The translations under genes and the position numbers were made by a program. From assembly GCA_021159005.1 (NCBI GenBank), contig JAGGSN010000136.1, positions 8,422 to 72,421 of the forward strand: DNA of 64,000 bases, given 5' to 3'. The notes beneath the pieces were generated by a model that saw only the letters and a program-made list of their open reading frames with translations, was not told where the DNA came from and ran no database searches. The DNA comes from Candidatus Zixiibacteriota bacterium. Its GTDB lineage: Bacteria > Zixibacteria > MSB-5A5 > UBA10806 > 4484-95. Shown here one piece after another: positions 1-9,786 of the stretch. Within the stretch, counting starts at the first letter, position 1. Each line of letters opens with the position of its first letter.

Positions 1-1
1 G

Positions 2-2098
2 TTTTTCGATTCGCTTGTCGGCACGGATTCGCATACCACTATGATAAACGGCTTAGGCGTTATCGGCTGGGGAGTCGGCGGTATCGAGGCTGAGGCGGTT
101 ATGCTCGACCAGCCAATATATATGCTAACACCGGAGGTTGTAGGCTTTAAACTTACCGGCAAGCTTCCCGAAAATGCAACCGCTACCGACTTAGTGCTAA
201 TCGTAACCCAGATGCTTCGTCAGAAAGGCGTAGTTGGCAAGTTTGTAGAATTCTATGGCCACGGTATTTCAAATATGACAGTAACCGACCGGGCGACCTT
301 AGCTAATATGGCTCCCGAATACGGCGCCACAATGGGATTTTTCCCGGTTGATGACCAAACTCTCAGCTTTTTGCGAAGCACAAATCGTCCGGATAGCTTA
401 GTTGCACTGGTAGAACGCTACTGTAAAACACAGGGTTTGTTCCGCACCGATGACATGCCCGATCCGGAATTTAAGGATACGCTGGAACTCGACCTTTCTA
501 ATGTTCAGCCATGCTTAGCTGGTCCGAAACGTCCTCAAGACCGTATTGAGCTTAAGGATATGAAGCAAAAATATCAGCAAGCGCTGACTGCGCCGCTTCA
601 GGAGTTTGGCTTCAATCTGCCTAAGGATTCATTGAACAATAAAAGCGAAATAATAATAAACAAACAGAGCGTAGAGCTTTCGCATGGTTCGGTTGTCATT
701 TCCGCAATCACAAGCTGCACTAATACCAGCAACCCCTCGGTGATGCTGGGCGCGGGTGTTCTCGCCAAGAAAGCTGTCGAAGCCGGTCTAAATGTTAAGC
801 CGTATGTTAAAACAAGCTTAGCGCCCGGTTCGAAAGTTGTAACTGATTACCTGAAGCAATCGGGACTTCTGCCATATCTTGAGAAGCTTGGCTTCGGAGT
901 TGTCGGTTATGGCTGTACATCATGTATCGGCAACAGCGGACCCTTGCCGGAACCTGTAGTAAAAGGTATTAACGACGGGAATTTGATAGCGGCGGCTGTT
1001 TTATCCGGCAACAGAAATTTCGAGGGGCGCGTTAATCCGCACACAAAGGCGAATTACTTAGCCTCGCCTCCGCTGGTAGTGGCTTATGCTATCGCAGGAA
1101 CTGTAAATATAGACCTGACGAAAGAACCTATCGGTAAGAATACTGATGGCAAGGATATTTACTTGAAAGATATCTGGCCATCGCCTACGGAAATAGAGCA
1201 GTATATGCATCATGCGCTTAATCCCGAATCGTTTAGGAAAGCTTATGATGGAATTGAAAAATCGAACCAAGACTGGAACGATATTCCGGTTAGCGGCGGG
1301 GCGGTTTATGATTGGCAGGAGGCAAGTACATATATTCAGGAACCGCCGTTCTTTATCGGTATGGATATTGAGCCTGCTCCGATAAGCGCTATTAATCATG
1401 CCAAGCCGCTGGTTTTGGTAGGTGCCAGCACAACTACCGATCATATCAGCCCGGCAGGCGCGATTACACCGGACAGCCCGGCCGGTAAGTTTCTGATTGA
1501 GCACGGCATTGAGCAGGCAGATTTCAATTCTTACGGCAGTCGCCGCGGCAATGACCGAGTGATGGTACGCGGCACATTCGCTAATGTACGACTTAAAAAT
1601 ATGCTGGCTCCCGGCACTGAGGGCGGCTGGACAACGCATATTCCATCCGGCAAAGTTGTCTTCATCTATGATGCATCCGAGCAATATAAAAATGCTGGCA
1701 TATCATCAGTGGCATTGGGTGGAGCCGATTACGGTATGGGTTCAAGCCGTGATTGGGCAGCTAAGGGAACGTATTTGCTCGGCATCAAGGCTGTTATCGC
1801 CGAATCATTCGAGAGAATCCATCGCAGTAATTTAGTTGGCATGGGCGTTTTGCCATTACAGTTTGAGGAAGGTAAAAACATTCAAAATTTGGGACTCACC
1901 GGCAAAGAATCTTTCTCTATTAATATCGACGACAACCTCAAACCGAGCCAGAAAGTCCAGGTTACTGCCGTCCGTGATGATGGCAGCGAGGTATGTTTTA
2001 ATACTGTCTGCCGTATAGATACGCCGATTGAAATCGAGTATTACCGCAATGGCGGTATATTGCATACAGTGTTGAGGAATTTTTTGAAGGAGAAATAG
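2..2098 (+). CDS. acnA: aconitate hydratase (AcnA-type), 5'-truncated at the window edge
   Basis: The frame is open from position 2 ([20 protein letters not shown]...). Aconitase signatures are present: GTDSHT and [19 protein letters not shown], plus an NRNFEGR-like motif. The ORF-track Met at 41 is internal to the gene. Confidence 0.9.
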   Translation, partial: FFDSLVGTDSHTTMINGLGVIGWGVGGIEAEAVMLDQPIYMLTPEVVGFKLTGKLPENATATDLVLIVTQMLRQKGVVGKFVEFYGHGISNMTVTDRATLANMAPEYGATMGFFPVDDQTLSFLRSTNRPDSLVALVERYCKTQGLFRTDDMPDPEFKDTLELDLSNVQPCLAGPKRPQDRIELKDMKQKYQQALTAPLQEFGFNLPKDSLNNKSEIIINKQSVELSHGSVVISAITSCTNTSNPSVMLGAGVLAKKAVEAGLNVKPYVKTSLAPGSKVVTDYLKQSGLLPYLEKLGFGVVGYGCTSCIGNSGPLPEPVVKGINDGNLIAAAVLSGNRNFEGRVNPHTKANYLASPPLVVAYAIAGTVNIDLTKEPIGKNTDGKDIYLKDIWPSPTEIEQYMHHALNPESFRKAYDGIEKSNQDWNDIPVSGGAVYDWQEASTYIQEPPFFIGMDIEPAPISAINHAKPLVLVGASTTTDHISPAGAITPDSPAGKFLIEHGIEQADFNSYGSRRGNDRVMVRGTFANVRLKNMLAPGTEGGWTTHIPSGKVVFIYDASEQYKNAGISSVALGGADYGMGSSRDWAAKGTYLLGIKAVIAESFERIHRSNLVGMGVLPLQFEEGKNIQNLGLTGKESFSINIDDNLKPSQKVQVTAVRDDGSEVCFNTVCRIDTPIEIEYYRNGGILHTVLRNFLKEK

Positions 2099-2158
2099 AA
2101 GGAAAGTTCGCTTAGTGTTGCTATTTACTCAGCCTTATTTGGCAGCCAAAGAGCGTAA

Positions 2159-2185
2159 GGGCGTATCCGCCTAAGGCGGACGCCC
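2159..2185 (+). terminator. GC-rich hairpin downstream of acnA (GGGCGTATCCGCC..GGCGGACGCCC), nested inside a 9-bp inverted repeat TATTTACTC/GAGTAAATA at 2122-2204
   Basis: The inverted repeat can be read directly in the sequence, 60 bp after the acnA stop. No clear U-tract follows. Confidence 0.35.
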
Positions 2186-2628
2186 CTACTCGCCAGAGTA
2201 AATAATCGCAATAGGGGTTTAATATAATAAATCTTTGCTTTAATATTTACTGATTAGACTTTTAAATAACGGAAAGATGATTTTGTTATATCCAAAATGA
2301 TGTCATTTGTTTTAGCAATAGCGCTTAGCTTTTCTTTGATGTTCTCTAATGCTAAAGCTGCCCTGCTAATTTTAAATACCGGATTGAATTTGAGTTTCTA
2401 AGGAAACGTAACACCTGATATATCCTGCACGGGCAGGATGCCTGTGCTGTTATTATAATCATTCTTGCTGCCAAGCACAACTTGACAGCAAGAGGGCGTA
2501 GCCCCTACACGCAACAATTCGGAATAAATCAAACCATAATATTTATATGTTAGTATGTCCGTTCTTGGGTGAGGCCTAAAGCGGACGACATCCTGACGTT
2601 TATTAATTCCAACCTTATTAATATGTGC

Positions 2629-2649
2629 TGTCGGAAGTTGCTTCCGACA
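2629..2649 (-). terminator. perfect hairpin TGTCGGAAG-ttg-CTTCCGACA, about 70 bp downstream of the minus-strand gene ending at 2722
   Basis: A 9-bp perfect stem with a 3-nt loop. It belongs to a recurring GTCGG-core hairpin family seen after several genes. Confidence 0.45.
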
Positions 2650-2721
2650 GCTATGTATTAGGGCGTATTAGCCTTAGGAAAACGCCCTTGCGAGCGATAA
2701 TTCGGAATTATCATGTCATAA

Positions 2722-5301
2722 TTAATCGCAATTCGGCCAGCCCGCAGGTGGGTCAACCGGTACAGGCGGATACAGCGGCGGATAATCAATACAGTGCTCT
2801 ATCACACCAGAACCTCTAAAATATGCTACCATTCTGATTACATCACTGCCCATAACTATGCAATCAGCGTTAGCATCCGCCGAGGCCCAAAAACCATCAA
2901 GCAGACAAGGATTACTAGATGGAGAACCCTTAAAGTAATTGACCAAGTATGTAACATCTCCTCCGATAACAATCGGCGGCCATAAACCATTAGCCATGTT
3001 GGCATCGCCGGGAAGATAGGCATAGCCAACCAACACCGTTGGCGGCAGAAGGCCAAGGCCGGCGCAATCTGCATGCCAGTAGGTCATTCTCAATTCATGG
3101 CTTGTTGCCGGGTTGGAGCAATTACAGGGGTCTGCCATAACGCAAGGATAGAAATTACTGCCGGGACCAATTGGTATTTCAGGCGTCATTGGATTGCAAT
3201 CATGATTTGCGGTTAAACCGCCGGGGGAGGTAATGATGCCGAGACCCGGGTCATCATAATTCCAGCAGCCGTTTGCCGATTGGAAAGATAGTATAATCGG
3301 GTCATCGCCAAAATCCCAGATTACCGGAGTATAAGGACTGGTTATCGGGGAGAAAATCACTTGCGGTATAACAGGAAGCATTCCCTCAAAAGTGCCGCCG
3401 TCTTCACATTCGAGATTAATCGTCATCGTTCCGGTAGGCTGAGGAGCAACGCTTGATAGACACACCCGGACATCATAATAATATGTTTCTGCTCCGCCCC
3501 AAGCAGTAACCTCTATTGGCGAAACGCTTACTAACGACAAGGCCACGATTTCAATATCAATATCATCGGAGGAACCGCAAGAGGGAAATTCAGCTTGAGT
3601 CAAACGCTTGATAATAGTATCGGTTGGGCCAAGAATATCCGGCTCCGTGGTTTCCAACGGTTCTCCCTCTAATACAACCGTTCCCTCAAAAGGATCAGAA
3701 CCGGGACCAAAGAAATCGGGAGGAATCGGTGGACAATCTAATCCGCCAAATACGATATAGGTATTGCTGTCGGGAGATGTTACATACAGATCAAAGCCGG
3801 GACTAATATCCACTGTGATTTCCTCAATCGCAGGTAATAGTCCCAAACCGGCATTCGAGGCGTTATAATATATCATAAGTATATCAAAATCGGTTGGATT
3901 ATTTGAGCAATCGCAGGGATTGCCGTAAAGACAACCAAAGAAGTTGCTGCTGGCATTCACAGCGACATCCATAGTGCTCGCATCGCAATCGTGATCGACA
4001 GTCAAGCCGCCTGGTGATGTGATAACACCAAATCCGGGGTCGGAGTAGAGCCAATGACCGGTTGTCGTATAATAAAAGAATATTTCAGGAGCATAACCAA
4101 AATCTAATTCTCTGTGTTCATATGGCGGGTCAATTTGATCAAACATTAGCTTGGGTATGACCCTAAGCTGTCCGTCAAAAACACCCCCACTGTTGCATTC
4201 AAGGTAAACAGCCATCGACCCGATATCCTGTTGAACAATACTTGATAAACACATGCTTACTTGCCATTGCTCATCGGGACCCATTCCGGTAACAGTTATC
4301 GGGGATACACTCACTAAAGAAAGAGCAGCAATCTCAGTTTGAATCGTGTCGGAATCTCCACAGCTATCGAAATGAGCGTCATCTAAACGCCTGATGATTA
4401 TACTTGCAGGGCTTAATATATCGGCTGGATTTGTTTCCAAAGGATTGCCCTCAAGAATTGTCATCTGGTCGAATGGATCGGAGCCGGGATAGAAAAAGTC
4501 TGCTGGTATGGGATAGGTGTTAAAATTGAAATATGTATTACTGTCGGGCGGGCAATCGAATAAATCATCACCGGAATAAATAGTTTGTGCTCCGAAACCC
4601 TGAACAAGACGAACCGCGGCAATAGTAGTACCCATCATTCCTTCAAGCACAGACCCGGGACAGCCTGCAAAGTCTATTTGATAGGTAATATCAAAGAAAC
4701 TATCGACAGCAAAATCGCCGCTGGGAAGCTCCTCTAAACTCGTCTGCCCGGGGCAGGGCAAGCCAAAATCTGTTCCGGCAAAAAGATGAAATGTGCAAAA
4801 ATCAGGGTCGCCAAAAAGCTGGGCTTCAAGGCGAAACCAATCTGATGGAAATACTTGCAAGGCATCGCCGGGATTGCGGGGACCGTTATGTATCTCGGCG
4901 GTAAATTCCATCGCCAATGTTCGGCTAAATCCGGTAAGCACACCGGTGCCGGTTGCTACAAATTCCACAGTCCCTTCAAAACACTCAATTGTTCCGCCAA
5001 GAGAGCCGCCCGGCAACTCGCAGGTTCCGGTAGGGAAAGGCTCAGAACAGATAGAGTATATATGGTCGCAAACAAAATTATCAAAACACGGTTCCAACTC
5101 AATAGTTGTGCCTGGTGGCAAACCATCGATTATTCTCATATTATCAAACGGAGCAATATACGGACAGAGAGCAGGCAAATCGACCGTGCCGGTACCGTTA
5201 TCCGGCGCATCGCAGTTACTAGCCTGCGCTGAAACTGATAAACACAGCAAAGCAGACAGCATAACTATCAAGCTTAATTGATAAATTTTAAATCGTCTCA
5301 T
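2722..5301 (-). CDS. secreted repeat protein with a C-terminal dockerin-like domain (subtype A, ends ..PPAGWPNCD)
   Basis: N-terminal signal peptide (MRRFKIYQLSLIVMLSALLCLSVSAQA). Two internal ~230-aa tandem repeats (DCPP..PDFF.PGSDPF..LEG.PLET..DIL.P..II.RL..). The C-terminus reads YLPGDANMANGLWPP.VIGGDVTYLVNYFKG followed by ADANADCIVMGSDVIRMVAYFRG, i.e. two dockerin-type loop/helix repeats; the second loop is a canonical 12-residue D1-N3-D5-D12 loop. Confidence 0.8.
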   Translation of the reverse strand: MRRFKIYQLSLIVMLSALLCLSVSAQASNCDAPDNGTGTVDLPALCPYIAPFDNMRIIDGLPPGTTIELEPCFDNFVCDHIYSICSEPFPTGTCELPGGSLGGTIECFEGTVEFVATGTGVLTGFSRTLAMEFTAEIHNGPRNPGDALQVFPSDWFRLEAQLFGDPDFCTFHLFAGTDFGLPCPGQTSLEELPSGDFAVDSFFDITYQIDFAGCPGSVLEGMMGTTIAAVRLVQGFGAQTIYSGDDLFDCPPDSNTYFNFNTYPIPADFFYPGSDPFDQMTILEGNPLETNPADILSPASIIIRRLDDAHFDSCGDSDTIQTEIAALSLVSVSPITVTGMGPDEQWQVSMCLSSIVQQDIGSMAVYLECNSGGVFDGQLRVIPKLMFDQIDPPYEHRELDFGYAPEIFFYYTTTGHWLYSDPGFGVITSPGGLTVDHDCDASTMDVAVNASSNFFGCLYGNPCDCSNNPTDFDILMIYYNASNAGLGLLPAIEEITVDISPGFDLYVTSPDSNTYIVFGGLDCPPIPPDFFGPGSDPFEGTVVLEGEPLETTEPDILGPTDTIIKRLTQAEFPSCGSSDDIDIEIVALSLVSVSPIEVTAWGGAETYYYDVRVCLSSVAPQPTGTMTINLECEDGGTFEGMLPVIPQVIFSPITSPYTPVIWDFGDDPIILSFQSANGCWNYDDPGLGIITSPGGLTANHDCNPMTPEIPIGPGSNFYPCVMADPCNCSNPATSHELRMTYWHADCAGLGLLPPTVLVGYAYLPGDANMANGLWPPIVIGGDVTYLVNYFKGSPSSNPCLLDGFWASADANADCIVMGSDVIRMVAYFRGSGVIEHCIDYPPLYPPVPVDPPAGWPNCD

Positions 5302-5631
5302 TATCTTATCCTCCTAAGTTTTAAGAATTTAATGACCGAATAACATTTTATCGGAAAATTTAATTATTTTTCCGTAATATTTAATTATTTAGTCGTGAAT
5401 TCTTACCTGATTTCGTAAAATGCAAATTACTATCACAACAAAATAATTCCCAACTTGATTTTATATCATCTTCAATTAATTTTATAACAACTATTGATGA
5501 TAACCTGCTTTGGATATTACTAACCCACAATGCTGTTATTGATTTAGATACTTTTATATCAATAATTTGTCAAGTTATAAATTGCTGGAAATTTACCTGA
5601 AATATTGTCTTTGCTTTTAAATAACTATTGC

Positions 5632-5654
5632 CGTCGGGTCGGAGGACCCGACAG
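5632..5654 (-). terminator. hairpin GTCGGGTC-ggag-GACCCGAC, 40 bp downstream of the gene ending at 5694
   Basis: An 8-bp perfect stem, in the same hairpin family as the one at 2629. Confidence 0.4.
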
Positions 5655-5693
5655 CTCGAAAAACTCATACTTTACGGAATTAATAATACATAC

Positions 5694-7487
5694 TTATTTT
5701 ACTAATAGCATCCTCACACAGTCAGAGAATTTTCCTGCTTCAAGCCGCGCAAAATATATCCCCGACGGCATATCTGAAGCATCCCAAGTGATATTATATT
5801 CGCCGGCCTGATGATTACTATCAATCAATGTATCGACTCGCTGGCCAAGTATATTATATATCGATAGAGCAGCATATGCAGGCTTGTCTAAGCTATAGCT
5901 AATAATAGTAGAGAGATTAAAAGGATTGGGATAATTCTGATTAAGGCTAACATTTTCCGGTAATCTGCTTGATATTTCTATGTTGCTTTGCTCTCTATAA
6001 CCATATCTGGCGGTTCCGTATTGGTCATGCTTAAACATCGGCCAGCATGAAAGTCTCGAATTATATTCGCCGGTACCATCGACATAAGCAATATCGCCAA
6101 AGCATGAGGCAAATACGAAGTCGGCATCGCCGTCAAAATCCATATCGCCAATCGCTGGCGCAGGGCTATATGTGCCGGAATGATTTCCATCGCTCTGGCA
6201 GTAAGGAAAATTATCTAAATATGAGCCGTCAGAATTTAAGCCGAAAATATAGTGAAATGTTTTGATAAAGATTTCCGCCGATGATGGGTCGTTATCCACC
6301 TCAGCAATAATCGGTGATGATCTTACATTTCCACAGCTGCCGTCATGATGTAATTCTACAGGCCAATTGTCTAAGAATTGCCCCTCGTGATCATAACCAT
6401 AAAGGATTTCAACCCACTCCGGCTGTGTTTTCAAGCCGCCGATAAATATTTCAAGGTCGCCATCGCCATCAATATCACCCAGCGCCGTTGATGATAGACG
6501 GCAATACTGCGCTTGCACAGGCCAACCCGGTTTTAAATTGCCTGTATGATCCAAACAGTAAATAAAATCATTGTTAGATTCATCATAGGCTGCGATGACA
6601 ATCTCTAAGAACCCATCGTTGTCAACATCGCCGATTGCCGGTGCCGATTTTACTATACCGGAAGTTTGAAAGGGAAAACCAGGGAGTATCGTACCATCCA
6701 GATTCCATACATAAATGTTGTAAGATAACGGATTGATGGCGGGGTAATATGTGCCGGCAATAATTTCCATCTCGCCGTCATTATCGATATCGGCAACAGC
6801 CGGCTCGCCTACTAATGTGTCGGCATAGTAGGGGCAACCGCTAAATAATGTCCCATCGTGATGTCTAACAAAAATAGCGTTTCCTGTCGGATAAATAATC
6901 TCAAGGTCATTATCACCATCAAGGTCCTCTAAAACAGGTGAATAATTAATGCTATTGTTTATTGGCCAGCCGGGATAAGATGAACCATCATGATTAAACA
7001 CATGTAAAATATTCCAATCGCCGGCAATTATTTCCTGGTCGCCATCGTTGTCTATATCACCTACAACCGGAGTAGTTGAGAAAGGGGCATTCGCTTCATA
7101 AGGCCAGCCAGGGATTATGCCGCCATCAATATCAAGAACCGTGATAATACCGCTCGAATACGGATTTGGCTGTTGGCCATAAGTTGCACATATTATATCA
7201 AGAATGCCGTTATTATCCACATCGGCAATGCGTAAAGATGCCAGCAGGGGGGCGTTGATACTGTAAGACCAATCGGTAACATCCGCAGGCTGCATGAAAT
7301 AGTTATTAGCAACGGATGATTTTACACAAAACAGATTGCCCTCTTCGCTTTGGGTGATGTTCTGATTATATTGGGATATATTATTATTAATATTCTCTTC
7401 AGGATAAACGATTTGAGTAAACCCTATGAAAACAATAATGCTGGTTAACATTATCAGACTAATGTTTGCTGCTTTTTCTATTCTCAT
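5694..7487 (-). CDS. FG-GAP/VCBS-repeat beta-propeller protein with a T9SS (Por) C-terminal sorting domain
   Basis: N-terminal signal/anchor. Six or more repeats of D.D.DG..EII (DVDNNGILDII, GDIDNDGDQEIIAG, EDLDGDNDLEIIY, ADIDNDGEMEIIAG, GDVDNDGFLEIVIA, GDIDGDGDLEIFIG). The C-terminus is LNQNYPNPFNLSTIISYSL...LSIYNILGQRVDTL...AGEYNITWDASDMPSGIYFARLEAG.FSD..RMLLVK, which is the classic TIGR04183-type T9SS C-terminal domain. Confidence 0.85.
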   Translation of the reverse strand: MRIEKAANISLIMLTSIIVFIGFTQIVYPEENINNNISQYNQNITQSEEGNLFCVKSSVANNYFMQPADVTDWSYSINAPLLASLRIADVDNNGILDIICATYGQQPNPYSSGIITVLDIDGGIIPGWPYEANAPFSTTPVVGDIDNDGDQEIIAGDWNILHVFNHDGSSYPGWPINNSINYSPVLEDLDGDNDLEIIYPTGNAIFVRHHDGTLFSGCPYYADTLVGEPAVADIDNDGEMEIIAGTYYPAINPLSYNIYVWNLDGTILPGFPFQTSGIVKSAPAIGDVDNDGFLEIVIAAYDESNNDFIYCLDHTGNLKPGWPVQAQYCRLSSTALGDIDGDGDLEIFIGGLKTQPEWVEILYGYDHEGQFLDNWPVELHHDGSCGNVRSSPIIAEVDNDPSSAEIFIKTFHYIFGLNSDGSYLDNFPYCQSDGNHSGTYSPAPAIGDMDFDGDADFVFASCFGDIAYVDGTGEYNSRLSCWPMFKHDQYGTARYGYREQSNIEISSRLPENVSLNQNYPNPFNLSTIISYSLDKPAYAALSIYNILGQRVDTLIDSNHQAGEYNITWDASDMPSGIYFARLEAGKFSDCVRMLLVK

Positions 7488-7617
7488 AAATAACTCCTTG
7501 CGCGGTATTTTTTATCTTAATTCAATATTTTATATAATAACTATGTTTAGTTTTATGTCAAGGTAAATTGCTTGTTGCTGGGCTATAACGGGTTCTGTTT
7601 CTCTGCAGGAAGTGAGC

Positions 7618-7736
7618 AAATAGAGTCTTTTATTTCAAGCGATGGCAGTCCGCCGCAGCGGATTTTCCTGCCATTATTACGCGCTAATGTCGTCAGGAAA
7701 GGATTTCTGACGATGCGAAAAAATAGAGTCTTTTAT
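7618..7736. promoter_or_regulatory. two copies of the 17-bp direct repeat AAATAGAGTCTTTTATT (7618-7634 and 7720-7736), 102 bp apart, in the 5' region of the FG-GAP gene, with hairpins between them
   Basis: The exact 17-mer occurs twice, and its flanks are related (tcaagcgat vs cgaatcgat). The CGTCAG..CTGACG and GGCAG..CTGCC stems lie between the two copies. Confidence 0.4.
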
Positions 7737-7831
7737 TCGAATCGATATTAATGAAAAGCTAATTTATTCTGATATGCTATAACAGGATATTATTCCGTCA
7801 GCTTCGCTCCCATTATAATACAGGAACTATA

Positions 7832-8530
7832 CTACCGCCCCATATTAATATCAGTCTCTATAACCCCATCCTTAATCTTGATAATCCGATTCCAGCGGCG
7901 GGCTATGCCCATATCATGAGTAATCGTAACAACTGATTTGCCTTGCTCGTTTAGCTTTTCAAACAAATCAATAATCTCCATGCCTGTTTTCGAGTCGAGG
8001 TTGCCGGTCGGCTCATCGGCGAGTATTATATCCGGTTCGTTAGCTAACGACCTGGCAATAGCGACTCTCTGCATCTCGCCGCCGGAAAGCTCGGTGGGTT
8101 TATGGTCGGCTCTGTCAGCCAAACCGACAAGCGATAGACATTCCATTATCTTTTCCTTGCGATACTTGCCCGGCTTGCCGGCAAAAATCAGAGGCATCTC
8201 GACATTCTCATAAGCTGTAGCGTAAGAAAGAAGGTTGAAATTCTGAAATATGAAGCCAATTTTTCTATTTCTAATAGAGGCAAGCTGATGAATAGTCATT
8301 TCTGCCACGGGTTGGCTGTCGAGATTATAAACACCATTAGTAGGTTGGTCGAGGCAGCCCATTATATTCATCAATGTTGACTTTCCCGAACCGGAAGGGC
8401 CCGTAACAGCTACTAATTCACCGCGGTTAATATTCAAATTTATCCCATCTAAAGCCCTAACCTCAACTTTACCGGTCTGATATATTTTAGTTATCCCTTG
8501 AAATGAAATTAAACTTCCATTGCTATTCAT
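7832..8530 (-). CDS. ABC transporter ATP-binding protein (MacB/LolD/FtsE-like)
   Basis: Walker A motif GPSGSGKST, ABC signature LSGGEMQRVAIARSL, Walker B motif ILADEPTGNLD. Confidence 0.9.
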   Translation of the reverse strand: MNSNGSLISFQGITKIYQTGKVEVRALDGINLNINRGELVAVTGPSGSGKSTLMNIMGCLDQPTNGVYNLDSQPVAEMTIHQLASIRNRKIGFIFQNFNLLSYATAYENVEMPLIFAGKPGKYRKEKIMECLSLVGLADRADHKPTELSGGEMQRVAIARSLANEPDIILADEPTGNLDSKTGMEIIDLFEKLNEQGKSVVTITHDMGIARRWNRIIKIKDGVIETDINMGR

Positions 8531-9783
8531 TATTCATACCTCAACGCTTCAACCGGGTTAATAGATGCCGCCTTACGGGCAGGGAAGAAGCCGGCTAAAA
8601 ATCCAATAACCGATAATGTCGCAACTGTAGCAATTGCCACAGGCCAATTTACAGTTGGACGGCTGAGAAGTTCCAGCGCATCCTCCATCGGTAAAAACCA
8701 GAATATTTTGCATACCGCAAGGCTGAACATTATTCCCATAAAGCCGCCTGCGAAAGATATTGCCAACGCTTCTGTCATAAATTGAAATATTATATGCTTT
8801 CTGTCTGCTCCGATTGCTATCTTGATGCCGATTTCCCTCGTCCTTTCCCGAACTGCCACATACATGATATTAGCGACGCCAATCCCCGCGATAAGAAGAG
8901 TCATACCGCCGATAAACCACATGAAAATCTCAATGCCAAGAAAGACCTTGCTCATGATTTCAGCATCCTTGACAGTATCCCAGAACCAAAGACAATGGCT
9001 GTCAGTTGGGTCAAACCGATACTTGCCGCCAAACAAACCGAATAACTGCCGTTCCACATCCTTAGTATCTACGCCCTCATTAACCGAATACACTATATTA
9101 TCAAGATAAGGATCGCCAAAAACAGCAACAAAGGTAGTCGCCGGTATCACAAGGTAATTATCATCAGGGCCGTGATAGTTTGAATTCTGCATCTTTTCTA
9201 TCATAACGCCGATTACAGTAAACGGCATATTATTAAGCATGATAATTTCGCCGACAGGATCATGGTCTCCAAATATTTCTTCAGCAGCACGGGTTCCTAT
9301 ATATACAACCCGTTTTTTCTTTTCTAAGTCAATCTTATCGATAAAACGTCCGCCCATTTGGGCATAATGTGTTCGCAAGTCCTTAAACTCGGGATATACA
9401 CCGCTGACAAGCTTATTCACCTGCTTTTTCCCCCAGTTGATAGTTACGCCCCATCTTAGGTATTCGCCGGAAACCATTTTTATATCGGGTACGCGTTTTT
9501 TAATAAAGTCAATATCCTCAGACCTGAACCATATTTTTCTGCCGGGCGGCAAGCCCTGAAATACTTTAGTCGTTTGCCCTGACCAGAGAATAACAACACC
9601 TTTACCCATTCCTGTACCGGCTTTTCTCATCTGGTTTTCTAAGCCGACACTGAATGCCATCAGTAAGGTTATTGAAATAGTGCCCCATGTAATAGCGAGA
9701 ATAGTTAAAATCATTCTCAACTTCTGAGCTTTGAACTCTCTGAAAATGAGCTTTAAAAATAAAATAAATTTATAAAACATCAT
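8530..9783 (-). CDS. ABC transporter permease, FtsX/MacB family, with a periplasmic domain
   Basis: An N-terminal transmembrane helix, a large periplasmic domain, and a C-terminal FtsX-type 3-TM bundle ending ..INPVEALRYE. Confidence 0.85.
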   Translation of the reverse strand: MMFYKFILFLKLIFREFKAQKLRMILTILAITWGTISITLLMAFSVGLENQMRKAGTGMGKGVVILWSGQTTKVFQGLPPGRKIWFRSEDIDFIKKRVPDIKMVSGEYLRWGVTINWGKKQVNKLVSGVYPEFKDLRTHYAQMGGRFIDKIDLEKKKRVVYIGTRAAEEIFGDHDPVGEIIMLNNMPFTVIGVMIEKMQNSNYHGPDDNYLVIPATTFVAVFGDPYLDNIVYSVNEGVDTKDVERQLFGLFGGKYRFDPTDSHCLWFWDTVKDAEIMSKVFLGIEIFMWFIGGMTLLIAGIGVANIMYVAVRERTREIGIKIAIGADRKHIIFQFMTEALAISFAGGFMGIMFSLAVCKIFWFLPMEDALELLSRPTVNWPVAIATVATLSVIGFLAGFFPARKAASINPVEALRYE

Positions 9784-9786
9784 AAT

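Noticed and set aside
1058-1684. 208-aa minus-strand ORF inside acnA
   Set aside because: It lies entirely within the aconitase coding region on the opposite strand. Aconitase is strongly supported by its signature motifs, so this is a spurious ORF.
4793-5281. 162-aa and 125-aa plus-strand ORFs near the 5' end of the gene at 2722-5301
   Set aside because: Both are antisense to a well-supported secreted-protein gene with a signal peptide. They have no motifs.
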